DNA from: an uncultured Verrucomicrobiae bacterium
Lineage (GTDB): Bacteria > Verrucomicrobiota > Verrucomicrobiia > Limisphaerales > AAA164-E04
Direction: 5' to 3'
DNA length: 64,000 nucleotides
Assembly (NCBI GenBank): GCA_951813855.1
Contig: OX638380.1
Span: 4,685,797 to 4,749,796, forward strand
Part shown: piece after piece, positions 43,314 to 52,437 of the stretch
How the letters are laid out: every line of letters begins with the position of its first letter
Position numbering within the stretch: the stretch's first letter is position 1
Position numbers and translations under genes: made by a program
Notes under the pieces: generated by a model
The model's input: only the letters and a program-made list of their open reading frames with translations
What the model was told of the DNA's origin: nothing
Database searches by the model: none

Positions 43314-43721
43314 CGCTTCGTTCCGGAGTCGAGGTCAATCCGTACGCGGCAAGCGAATCTCGTGGCAAGCCGGATGATCAAGGCCACGTCTGGAATAATC
43401 TGAATCGCTCAGTCCCTTGCGGCCGGTCGGCAAATTGATCGGCATACGATCGTCGTTAGCCTCGATGCGGATAGCCATTTCGTTGCGATGATAAGGTTCG
43501 GTTAGCGAGAAATCAACTCTCCACTCCGCTCGCTTCGATAAAAAAATCGTTGTTCTGCTCCGCCGTCGCAATCGATCATCCCGTTCTCAAGCGGCGACGT
43601 TCCCGTTTCCGGACGCTCTCTGTGTTTTCCCGACGGCTTTCATTGGACGGTCTTGTCGGAATCGCTGCGGACGGCAATTTCCCCAGCAGTCGCAGCTATC
43701 GTTCGGAGGGCATTGGCCTAA
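42424..43721. repeat. 1.3-kb segmental duplication of 34958-36256 (permease 5' half plus ATPase remnant)
   Basis: The two copies are near-identical at DNA level with scattered substitutions and small indels. Both end at the same right-hand base (...GGAGGGCATYGGCCTAA) next to different sequence. Confidence 0.9.
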
Positions 43722-44305
43722 CCCAAGTTTGTCAGTCTCGTCTAGAAAATGCGTTTTTCTCAAGGAATTCGATCATTTTAAAAATCGTAGGGCATTACAT
43801 TTCCATCATTTTGTGACATAAGCGATTGAGTCCCAAGTAGTGGTGTAACTAACCCTTCGGAAGAGCAGCTCGGTTCGGGCTTCTCTGCAGAAGCTGGATC
43901 ACCACGATTGCCACCCCGACTCGTGTCGGGATTTCGGGGCATGATGTCGAAATCTGGACCAGGGACAAGACTTTTTTCGGTGGGCCGAAATATGTTTTGC
44001 GGGGGTCACGCGTGACGACCTGCGGCCGTAGCACTCGTTTCCTGGGATGAGTCAAACTAAGGGACTCGGAAAAGATCAGGAGAGCTATTCCGGGGCTCGT
44101 CGCCTGCGATCTGGCGGGACAAACCAACTCCGGATCGAATCATGCCCGAGAGGAGACACTTCGGTGCGTGGCGGTGGTCAATTCCGCCACGCGTCCCTTG
44201 ACGCTACTTGAAAAAAACTACTTGGAAAAAAAAGCACCTGGAAACACGCCTCCTAGGGAAAGGAATCCGAGAGTGCGGGGCCATCTCGGCGATCGTCCGA
44301 TTGAC

Positions 44306-45546
44306 GGGGGCTAATCCTCCGCCTGTGGCGGACGATCAAGCGCCGGCGACGATGGGTCGGATCGCTCCGGGATCCAAGTAGTGTTTCTCGTTCTGCCACT
44401 GGCGGTTTTGCTGCAGGAGCAGAGTGCCCACGAGGCGAAGGATCGAGTTGACGTCAGGAAAGACGCCTACGGTATCCGTGCGCCGTTTGATTTCCCGGTT
44501 AAGTCGTTCGATTGGATTGGTGCTGTGAAGTCGGTTCTGCCAGGCGAGGGGAAATTGCTGATACGCCAAGACCTCGTTTTGGGCTTGGATCATCATTTCC
44601 GAGATTTGGGGATATTGAGCTGCTAATTGATCGGCCACCTGTTGCCAACGACACGGGGATTCGCTCGGTTGATTCGCCTTGGAGGGGGCGGGATTCGCCG
44701 GGATTCCGGACGGTTTCCGAGCGGTTTCGGGCTCGTCCATTCGGAAAGCGGATCGGATCAGTTCGGCGACTCGGGCTTGATCGCTCCGGGAAACATGCGC
44801 CAGCAAATTCCGCATGAAATACACTCGGCAACGTTGTCGCCGCGAAGGCCTCTCCGCCGCGATCGCGGCCTTGAGGCCTTCGTGTTCGTCGGAGATGATC
44901 AGCCGGACTGGTTTCAAACCGCGGTGCTGCAACGATCGGAGGAACTCGGACCAGCTTTGCCGGGATTCGCTGGAAACGACATCCAACCCCAACACCTCGC
45001 GGCGTCCTTCCGAATCGACTCCCAAGGCGATCAAGACGGCGACTGATCGGACGTGTCCGTCGAGGCGGACTTTCAAATAGGTGGCGTCGAGCCAGAGAAA
45101 CCTCCAGTCGCCCTCGATCGGGCGTTGGCGAAACTCTTGAACCCGTTGATCGAGTTCCCGGCAGATTCGGGACACTTGGCTGCGAGAGAGGTTCGTCGTG
45201 CCCAGCGCTTCGGCGAGTCGCTTCATGCTTCGAGTGGAAACGCCCGGCACCCAAGCCTCCCGAACGACGCCGAGCAAGGTCTCTTCGACGAGACGGCGCC
45301 GGGTCAGGAACTGGGGAAAGCAGCTGCCTTTCCGGAGCTTGGGAATCAGCAATTCGAGGTAGCCGACGCAGGTTTTCCAGCCCCGTTTCCGATAGCCGTT
45401 GCGTTGATTGGATCGTTGGGAACGGCGCTCATGAGGCCGGGCGCCGATGAGAGTGGCCACTTCCTCTTCCATGATCCAATTCAACGTGCAACTCATCAGT
45501 TCTTGAAGGAAATTGCACGTCGGCAGCTTGACTTGGGTTAGCCAAG
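44306..45546 (-). mobile_element. IS256-family element #1 (boundaries approximate)
   Basis: It carries a transposase gene. Candidate end cores are GGCTAATCC (44309-44317) and GGTTAGCC (45536-45543, inverted). No TSD was identified. Confidence 0.55.
44336..45496 (-). CDS. IS256-family (Transposase_mut) transposase, 386 aa
   Basis: Motifs are NGYRKRGWKTCVGYLELLIPKLRKGSCFP, FLWLDATYLKV, IISDEHEGLKAAI and STNPIERLNREIKRRT. Confidence 0.85.
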   Translation of the reverse strand: MSCTLNWIMEEEVATLIGARPHERRSQRSNQRNGYRKRGWKTCVGYLELLIPKLRKGSCFPQFLTRRRLVEETLLGVVREAWVPGVSTRSMKRLAEALGTTNLSRSQVSRICRELDQRVQEFRQRPIEGDWRFLWLDATYLKVRLDGHVRSVAVLIALGVDSEGRREVLGLDVVSSESRQSWSEFLRSLQHRGLKPVRLIISDEHEGLKAAIAAERPSRRQRCRVYFMRNLLAHVSRSDQARVAELIRSAFRMDEPETARKPSGIPANPAPSKANQPSESPCRWQQVADQLAAQYPQISEMMIQAQNEVLAYQQFPLAWQNRLHSTNPIERLNREIKRRTDTVGVFPDVNSILRLVGTLLLQQNRQWQNEKHYLDPGAIRPIVAGA

Positions 45547-45987
45547 CCGAAGGGTGTCGGTCGTCATCTCGGGGTGGTTTCGGAGATTTTGGTTCTCTGA
45601 CTAAGTGCCGAGACTCTGAACGCGCTCCGGGATGACGGCAAGTCGAATCTGAGAGCGATTATCGGTTTCGCCGGCGGTCGGGTCACTGGCGATCCGGCTC
45701 CGGATCGGTCTTGTCGGCGTCGCAGACCCGAGCCAGATCCGCGAGGTTCAGATAACTTCGCGCCACGGCCCATCCGTCGTTCTGCTCGATCAACAGGGCC
45801 CCGACCAAGCGGAGGATGGCGGACTCGCAGGGAAAGATTTCGACGGTTCGGGAGCGGCGTTTGATTTCCTGGTTCAAGCGTTCGATCGGATTGGTGCTGC
45901 AGATTTTGGCGTGCAGGCTTTCGGGGTAGGAAAGATAAGCGAGAACTTCCGATTCGGCCTCGTCCATCAGTCGGGCGACCTTGGGAA

Positions 45988-47944
45988 GGGGATTATAAAG
46001 ATGGCTTGACACTTTTTTGTAAATCGTTATTTTCCAGATATTGGAACCGAAAATTGAAAATGACAATGAAAGCACCCGGCGAGGGGATTCTTATTAGCGC
46101 CGGAGGTGCTCAACGAAGGGAATTTCCGAACCGGGGCGAAGCCCGAAACTCGTCCGATTCCCGGCCTTGATGCCGCGAACGAATCGGATTCCTGCCGATC
46201 ATTTTGAGTTGTGCCCGCTCCGGAACGGCAATAGAATCGGAACCGAAGGCAAGACTTTCCTATGGGCGAGAATACAAAACAGCTGACCGGCCCCGATCTG
46301 GCGCTGATAAGAAAATTTGCCGACGTTTGGGACCGCCAACGACCGCTCGTTTTCGTGGGACGGAAAACGGAACTCGAAATCGTGGGTCGGAATTGCCGGC
46401 AAGCTCTCGAGAATTCCCATGATGGCGAGTTTCCGGCCGGACATATCGTTGTGTTTTCTGGCGCGCCAGGTTCCGGTAAATCTTCGCTGCTGGCGCAGCT
46501 CCGAAAATTCGGCGTTCCCGAGATCGATCCTCTGTTCATTTCGGTTCCCTTGAATTTGTTGGAAAACCTGGGATATCTCGTTCAAGAAATCGGGAAACGC
46601 GTACTGCCTTCGAAAGCGAAGGAAATGAATCGTAAAATTACGACGGCGGAACGTATTTCTTTCGGGTTCAAAAATATCTTGGGACTGGATAAATCCGAGA
46701 CCCGGGAAACCGGCCCGCTGCCGGCGCGGTTCGGCGTCCTGGCGGAATTGCATCCGCCGCAAAAATGGCAACGGCCGGTATGCCTTCTGGTGGACGAAAT
46801 TCAAGCGGTGACCAAGGAACACGGAAACGCTCTCAGGGAACTTCACTTGGGCGAGCACGGCTTGCCCATCGTTACGGTTGCGGCCGGGTTGTCCAATTCT
46901 GCCGAAAAATTGCGGCAGGCCATGTCGCCGCGATTGACGGCCGGCAATTTACGAATTCTCGGCGCTTTGTCGCCGAAAGAAGTACGTTCTTGCGTCCAAC
47001 AAATGTTAGAGCGGTGCCGAGTCGATTATTCCGGCGATCAATTGGATTGGTTTGGCGGCGAGATCGCGGAACGATCGGAGGGCTGGCCGCAGCATATGCG
47101 TACGGAAACGGCGGCCTTGTTCGGCGAACTGGACGAAACCCGAGGCGACCTGGATTCGGTAAATATCGCTGCATTCAAAGTGCAAGCCGATTTCTTTCGA
47201 GAAAACAGTTACCAAGCGAGGAAAAGTCAAGCGATCGATGATTCCATTCTCTTGACCGGCGCGTTGCTGAATGAAATTCCGCGGTCTGGCTGTACCAAAT
47301 TGCAAGCGATCCGGAAAATACGGCAGAGCGTCAAGCCGAAGGAAGGGTGGGAGCTTCCAGATGGAATCAAGCCGTCGAATTTTCTGAATCACCTGATCCA
47401 TCAAGGAATACTTCAGCCGGACGAAAACGACGTATTGTCCTGTCCGATCCCGAGTCTTCGAAACTGGATCGTAAAACGTGCCGCTCGGGAGTGCCGGGAA
47501 AATTTGGCGGAACCGTCCCGGTCGGCGCCGGAAAACCGGAATGCGTTGAAAACAGTGTTGCGGCCGCAACACGACGAAACTGCCGAGGACCGAAAGCGCC
47601 GATCCGTCCCGGATCGAGACCGCGGAACCGAGCGGTAGCCCATCGTCAGCCCTTTCTCGAACCGGATCCCTGCTGATCGTTTTGAATTGCGATCGAACCG
47701 GAACAAGGGCAGGACCGGATCGAGTTCGACGGTTCGGCACCTTGCACACGTCCGGATCGGCGGCGCACGGTGGCCGGGCGGCGACGCCGGAAACAATCCT
47801 TCGGCAGGACACCGGCGGCTAGGTTTGTCCCCCGTCCCGGTTCATAAAAACGAGCTTTTTTCCGGTTCGCCCGAAGCCGGGGTCTGGAAAGTTATCTCGA
47901 ACGACCGCTTGGCGTGATTGTGTCAAGCCAGCTTTATAATCCCC
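45988..47944 (+). mobile_element. non-autonomous TIR-bounded cassette carrying a P-loop ATPase gene (mobile insertion cassette-like)
   Basis: The 25-bp TIRs are GGGGATTATAAAGATGGCTTGACAC (45988-46012) and GTGTCAAGCCAGCTTTATAATCCCC (47920-47944), with one mismatch. The 8-bp TSD CTTGGGAA lies at 45980-45987 and 47945-47952. I recognised no transposase or recombinase ORF. Confidence 0.85.
46262..47638 (+). CDS. STAND/AAA_16-like P-loop NTPase, 458 aa
   Basis: FVGRKTELE lies upstream of Walker A (VFSGAPGSGKSSLL). Walker B is VCLLVDEIQAV. The C-terminal ~200 aa are helical and unassigned. Confidence 0.7.
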   Translation: MGENTKQLTGPDLALIRKFADVWDRQRPLVFVGRKTELEIVGRNCRQALENSHDGEFPAGHIVVFSGAPGSGKSSLLAQLRKFGVPEIDPLFISVPLNLLENLGYLVQEIGKRVLPSKAKEMNRKITTAERISFGFKNILGLDKSETRETGPLPARFGVLAELHPPQKWQRPVCLLVDEIQAVTKEHGNALRELHLGEHGLPIVTVAAGLSNSAEKLRQAMSPRLTAGNLRILGALSPKEVRSCVQQMLERCRVDYSGDQLDWFGGEIAERSEGWPQHMRTETAALFGELDETRGDLDSVNIAAFKVQADFFRENSYQARKSQAIDDSILLTGALLNEIPRSGCTKLQAIRKIRQSVKPKEGWELPDGIKPSNFLNHLIHQGILQPDENDVLSCPIPSLRNWIVKRAARECRENLAEPSRSAPENRNALKTVLRPQHDETAEDRKRRSVPDRDRGTER

Positions 47945-48925
47945 CTTGGGAAACCGGCTCCTCAACTCCTCGGCGATCTTGCCCCATTGTTGTTGAGGCG
48001 AGGCTCGTTGCCGAAAGGCGAAAACCGTGCGAACCTGGCTTCCGATCGCCGCTCGCTCGCCTTTGCGGACGTGAGCCAGGAGATTACGCAGGAAGTGTAC
48101 TTTGCAACGTTGCCACGAAGTGGCCAGCGTGCGCCGGATGGCAGCCTCCAATCCTTGATGGTGATCGGAGATTACCAATTGCACGCCGCGAAGCCCACGG
48201 CGCCGCAGTTTCCGGAGAAAATCGGTCCAGAACGTTTCCGCTTCGCTGCAGCCGATTTCGAGTCCCAGCACCTCGCGTCGGCCTTGGTCGTTGACGCCTA
48301 GCGCCAGAGTAGCGGCCACCGAGACGATGCGACCGCTTTCCCGAACCTTGACGTAAGTGGCATCCAACCAAAGAAACGGCCACTGGCCTTCGAGCGGTCG
48401 GTCCAGGAACGATCCCACTCGAGTATCGAGTTCCTGGCACTGGCGGGAAACTTCGCTGCGCTTGACACCGCTCAAGCCCATGGCTTGCACCAGGCGATCG
48501 ACGTCGCACGTCGAGATCCCTTGCACGTAGGCTTCTTGAATGACCGAAGTCAACGCGGCTTCCGAGAGCCGGCGCGGGGTCAGAAAGGAGGGAAAGTAAC
48601 TGCCGTGGCACAATTTGGGGATCTGCAACTCCACTTTACCGGCCCGCGTCTTCCAGGCTCGAGCTCGATAGCCGTTGCGCCACGTGGTGCGTTCGGGATT
48701 ATTTTCGCCTAACGCCGCCCCGATCAAGGCGGCGACTTCCTCTTCCATGATCTGTTGCGCCTGTTGGCGGATCATATCCCGGATCAGATTCGGATCACCA
48801 TCGAACTCGGGGGGATCTGGTTTCGGTTGGTTCGGATCGTTCATCTCCAATATTTCTTCCTTGGTTGGGCGATAATCCCAATCTGCCGAAAGTCCCTGGA
48901 GGAGACCGCTCACTCGAAATCTTTC

Positions 48926-48986
48926 GATTCCCGGAGGCCCCAAACTACGGTCGCTACGCTCCCTTCGTTTGGGGCCTCCGGGAATC
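48926..48986. repeat. perfect 20-bp inverted repeat (hairpin, 21-nt loop)
   Basis: GATTCCCGGAGGCCCCAAAC at 48926-48945 pairs with GTTTGGGGCCTCCGGGAATC at 48967-48986. On the minus strand it lies directly after the stop of the 102-aa ORF. No U-tract follows. Confidence 0.8.
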
Positions 48987-48991
48987 CACTC

Positions 48992-49300
48992 CTACACCAC
49001 TAAATGGGACACAAGCACGCAGGCAACGTCTTTCAGTGGCGCAAGGGTCCATTCGTGAAAGCGTTTCGGCGATTCGTTCGCCGCTTTCGGAGTCGCATTC
49101 GCCTGATAGAAGCTTGCGGGAGCCTGCTGCGCCGTGCCAAGCAGCATAGCCTCCAACACGCTGCCGCACAGAAAGATGACGAACCAATGAGCACTTGCGC
49201 CAAGCGCGATTCGGGCTTCATCCAACCGTGCTTCGACTATTGGCACGACCAGCGAGTCAATCGGTATTTTCTGAATGTTCGGTATCGTGTTATTTACCAC
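48992..49300 (-). CDS. hypothetical protein, 102 aa (possibly a truncated HEPN-like protein)
   Basis: The pattern LDEARIALGASAHWFVIFLCGSVLEAMLLG...EWTLAPLKDVA recalls the N-terminal helices of some HEPN/Abi-type proteins. No R-x4-H motif is present. The start codon lies inside the 24-bp repeat motif. Confidence 0.3.
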   Translation of the reverse strand: MVNNTIPNIQKIPIDSLVVPIVEARLDEARIALGASAHWFVIFLCGSVLEAMLLGTAQQAPASFYQANATPKAANESPKRFHEWTLAPLKDVACVLVSHLVV

Positions 49301-49906
49301 ATTATTTCGGGAAAACGCGCCGTTATTTTTTCAGATTATTTCGGATCCGATATGACCGTGCCCGCCCTCTTGGGCGGCCAGTCTCCAGTTGTCAGCAAGG
49401 GGGATTGATCTTTGCCGACTCCTATCGGCACGCTCTTCCGAGCCATGTCCCGAGGTTCTTGTCGGCATCGCTGCAGCTTCTGGCGAGCCGTCAATCGATC
49501 TTCGCCTCACCCCGCCGGCGGAACCGGCTTCGTCTCCACCGCCGGTCCCTCCCAATGCCTCCCCGATGGGCTCAAACGGGGGAACCTGAAACGACTCGTC
49601 GGTGCCTTCGAGGCCGAGAATGATGGCGCTCGCTGCGCCGCTCGTTTCTGGCCCCAACCACCCGCACGCCCAACGCCTGAGACCTCTAGGGAGCCAAAGA
49701 TTGGAACGAGCTCCTAATGAGGTGCAACTCTCGGCTCTAATTCGCTTTCCTCAACTTAGTCAACCAGTCGATTTTTCTTTTTCAAGCAGTCCTTTATCGC
49801 CGCCATGGTCACTTGCGGCTTTCGATCGTTTCGGCGACAACTCCCTTTCCTAAGTGCCCGGATTAATATGGAAAATATCGCACGAAATAATGTGGTGAAT
49901 AACAAC
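49287..49906. repeat. MITE-like unit (about 620 bp) bounded by inverted copies of a 24-bp motif
   Basis: GTGTTATTTACCACATTATTTCG lies at 49287-49309 and CGAAATAATGTGGTGAATAACAAC at 49883-49906. Sub-terminal similarity extends to about 50 bp. A third motif copy (38226-38249) and a ~125-bp internal homologue (38104-38228 versus 49674-49799, inverted) lie inside IS21. Confidence 0.55.
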
Positions 49907-50243
49907 GCAACGCCGGATCACATGGCCGGGACGCCAATTCTGCCGGACTCACTCACGAGCGGAGGCCAGCGGATTAGCTGAGTGATATCAGAGAAGGAGC
50001 GTAACGTCAGCGATTCGCCGCTCGGTTAGGGGTTAGAGCGACGCTCAGATAAATCATTTTCGCGGTCACCATCAGGCCGAACCGGATCGCTCCTCAACCC
50101 CCATCGGAAGGACGGCATTGGCCAGTTTGACTCAGGGCAAGAAGTAGGATAACTGGGGACGGGTGTCGCGGTGGACTTTGTGGATTAACCTTTTCAGCAG
50201 GCAAACCCCATGTCGATACGCCAGAGCGATAATCGACCACCGG

Positions 50244-51980
50244 TCAATCGAACGAAGGTATTTCGGTGACCGAAGCGCTGACGGACCAATTCAAGTCGTC
50301 TTCCGTTTCGTTGAGTTTTGGCCCGGTCGAACGGATTTGAAAACCGCCTTCCGGCGATTTCCGATAATCCCAAGGTTCGCCGGTCATGGGATCGTCGAGG
50401 GTGATCTCGGGAAATTCGGAAGTTAAATCCGCCAGCCGTTCCGGGTAGGTTTGGTGGTTCAGATAATAGCGTTCGAGGAAAACGGCCACCTTGGCCAACT
50501 CGAGGTGATGCTGGGTCTTTAGCGCCTTGTCGAAAGTTGATTCGCCGACCAGTATCAATGGATCGGTATAAACCCGTGAAAACCTGAATCCGGGCTTCCG
50601 TTCGTACGCTTGATCGAGCTTGGTCCAAGGCGTTTCCGGATTTTGCCGCATGAGTGCGAGCGCCTTTTCGGTGTTGGCGACCAACGAATCATAAGTCGAT
50701 AAATAGATTCTCCGCTGCCTTAACAGCACGGATTCGATCAGGTCGCGGAGCAGCCAGCGATAAGCGGTAGCCAGTAATCCGGTTTTTTCTGGTGTCGTTT
50801 CGGATTCGGGCGGGGGCAAACCGATGTCCTCTTCCGTGGGGGCGTTCGCCAAGAATTGTAGGAATTTGGAAATGGATTGTTTACTCGTGAGATGGTAGGC
50901 GTAAGCCCGTTCCGCTCGAAAGGTTTCCGGCATCAATGCCGGAAAATTCAGACGGTCCAGCGTTTCGCTCAATTCGCTCCACTGGGCGGCATCGCCGACA
51001 TGGAAATTTTGGGCGAACCGGATACCGTCCAAGTTCGGAACGAGCCGGCCGAATCGGGCTAACCGGGAGATCATCAAGCCGACGTCGCCGGTTTCGGAGA
51101 GGCGAAAACCCAAGTGCAACATGCGGAACCACTCTGCGGAATCGCGTCCGGCGGCATGAGCCGATGCGCGGGCGACCGTCGACCGGGAGAGTAGTTTCAG
51201 CACGACAATTTGGCGGAGCAATCTTGAATTCATCGGATCGTCGTCCCAATCGAGAGGGAATTGATCATGCTCCCGGCTGAACGCTTCCTCCAGTTGCTGA
51301 GTGACGTTATCGGCGTCGGTAAATTGGGCCGACGCCAGCTGAGCGATCTGCTGCCAAGAATCGATGGTTCGATCGCTGTCTTCGGCTTGATTTCCGAGCT
51401 CGTCTGTCGCCGAGAAAAACAAGAGGCGCTGCAAAAAATCCGAGGCGTCGGGGGTTTCGGAATCCACCCCGGGCATGTCATCCGATTGGGATTGAGCCGC
51501 TCGTTCCCATAGTTTCGAAATGCCCAATTCCAAGTCGTCGCTTTCGTCACCTTCGACCCCGGCGATCGTTTTCATCGCGGGATGTTCCCAAACGTTAGCT
51601 TCGGGCGGAACGGTCGCCTTCGTGTACGTTGCGGAATCCAGGGTTTCTCCCTGTTCCGTCAATGAGTCTTCATATCGTTCGAGGGCATTGATCTCGGCGT
51701 GCCTGGCCAAATTGGCTCCGTACGGCACGGCCAAGCAGGAGAGGACGAAGCAGGAGAGGGAGGCAACGGCCGCTAAGGTTTTCTTGTTGAGCAAGAATAA
51801 AACGGCAATCAGTGTGGTCGGGGGAAACACCAGGCAAAACTTAAGGAACCGATGTTGTCCTTTCTCCAATTTGAACCCACCGACGACGGCAATCACCCAT
51901 CCCAGAAACGCCAGCAACAAGGCCGAGATAAAAGCGGTTATCAGTAACGAGGGGATGATCCCCAAAGATTGATCCGTCAT
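50244..51980 (-). CDS. membrane-anchored hypothetical protein, 578 aa
   Basis: There are three or four N-terminal TM segments (IIPSLLITAFISALLLAFLGWVIAVVGG, FLKFCLVFPPTTLIAVLFLL). The large soluble C-terminal part has no recognised motif. Confidence 0.6.
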   Translation of the reverse strand: MTDQSLGIIPSLLITAFISALLLAFLGWVIAVVGGFKLEKGQHRFLKFCLVFPPTTLIAVLFLLNKKTLAAVASLSCFVLSCLAVPYGANLARHAEINALERYEDSLTEQGETLDSATYTKATVPPEANVWEHPAMKTIAGVEGDESDDLELGISKLWERAAQSQSDDMPGVDSETPDASDFLQRLLFFSATDELGNQAEDSDRTIDSWQQIAQLASAQFTDADNVTQQLEEAFSREHDQFPLDWDDDPMNSRLLRQIVVLKLLSRSTVARASAHAAGRDSAEWFRMLHLGFRLSETGDVGLMISRLARFGRLVPNLDGIRFAQNFHVGDAAQWSELSETLDRLNFPALMPETFRAERAYAYHLTSKQSISKFLQFLANAPTEEDIGLPPPESETTPEKTGLLATAYRWLLRDLIESVLLRQRRIYLSTYDSLVANTEKALALMRQNPETPWTKLDQAYERKPGFRFSRVYTDPLILVGESTFDKALKTQHHLELAKVAVFLERYYLNHQTYPERLADLTSEFPEITLDDPMTGEPWDYRKSPEGGFQIRSTGPKLNETEDDLNWSVSASVTEIPSFD

Positions 51981-52437
51981 ATTTCTGGTGGTCCGTGATC
52001 TCCGTCGAAATCCGAAAACCTTCGCCCGATTCTACCGGAAAGTCCGGAGCCTAATCAAGCTTTCGGACTAGGCCGCCTGAGGAGAACGGCGCGGCGCCGT
52101 CGCGAATCGATTTCCGCTTCGGAGTGGCAACGGGGCAAGCCGGGGGAAGTAACGGCGATCGCTTGGCCTCGAGTTGGAGCGCCGATCGCTTGCCCGGAGA
52201 TCGAGCGGATTGTTGCTCGGTTTGCCGGTCGGCGACGAACGAAACGGGATGGTTTCGGGATGGTCAGCTGTCGCTCGAGACGATCTTCCGGCCCTGAAGT
52301 TCTCTATTGAAGAAACCGGGAGACTTCGGCATCTTCGGTCGAGAGATTAGTGTTCTAAGGGGTCGGAGCGGCGGCCGGCTTTCAAGAGGTGATCGGGCTT
52401 TCCGCCGGCGGAATGGCCATTGGTTCAGGGATAGTTT

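Larger units (their letters stand above)
45683..48844 (-). pseudogene. IS256-family transposase, interrupted
   Basis: The N-terminal part (47819-48943 track ORF, likely start MNDPNQ at 48844) ends ...EELRSRFPK. The C-terminal part (45683-45979) starts VARLMDEAESEVLAY...STNPIERLNQEIKRR. Removing 45988-47952 restores one continuous ~398-aa ORF. Confidence 0.85.
45655..48879 (-). mobile_element. IS256-family element #2, split by a 1,957-bp cassette (outer boundaries tentative)
   Basis: Candidate ends are GCGATTATCGG (45655) and GCGATAATCCC (48869-48879). The flanking AATCTG at 45646-45651 and 48880-48885 matches in only 6 of 8 positions. Native length would be about 1.26 kb. Confidence 0.55.

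Noticed and set aside
43722-44305. An unassigned GC-rich 0.6-kb stretch with hairpin-like segments, considered as a group II intron fragment, tmRNA or other ncRNA.
   Set aside because: No domain V, 5' GUGYG or tRNA-like motifs were found in a convincing context. The 92-aa reverse ORF (43849-44127) has no features. It is left unannotated.
46185-47721. The diverged repeats flanking the ATPase ORF as a template/variable repeat pair of a diversity-generating retroelement.
   Set aside because: The mismatches are not adenine-specific, the repeats are non-coding, and no reverse transcriptase is present.
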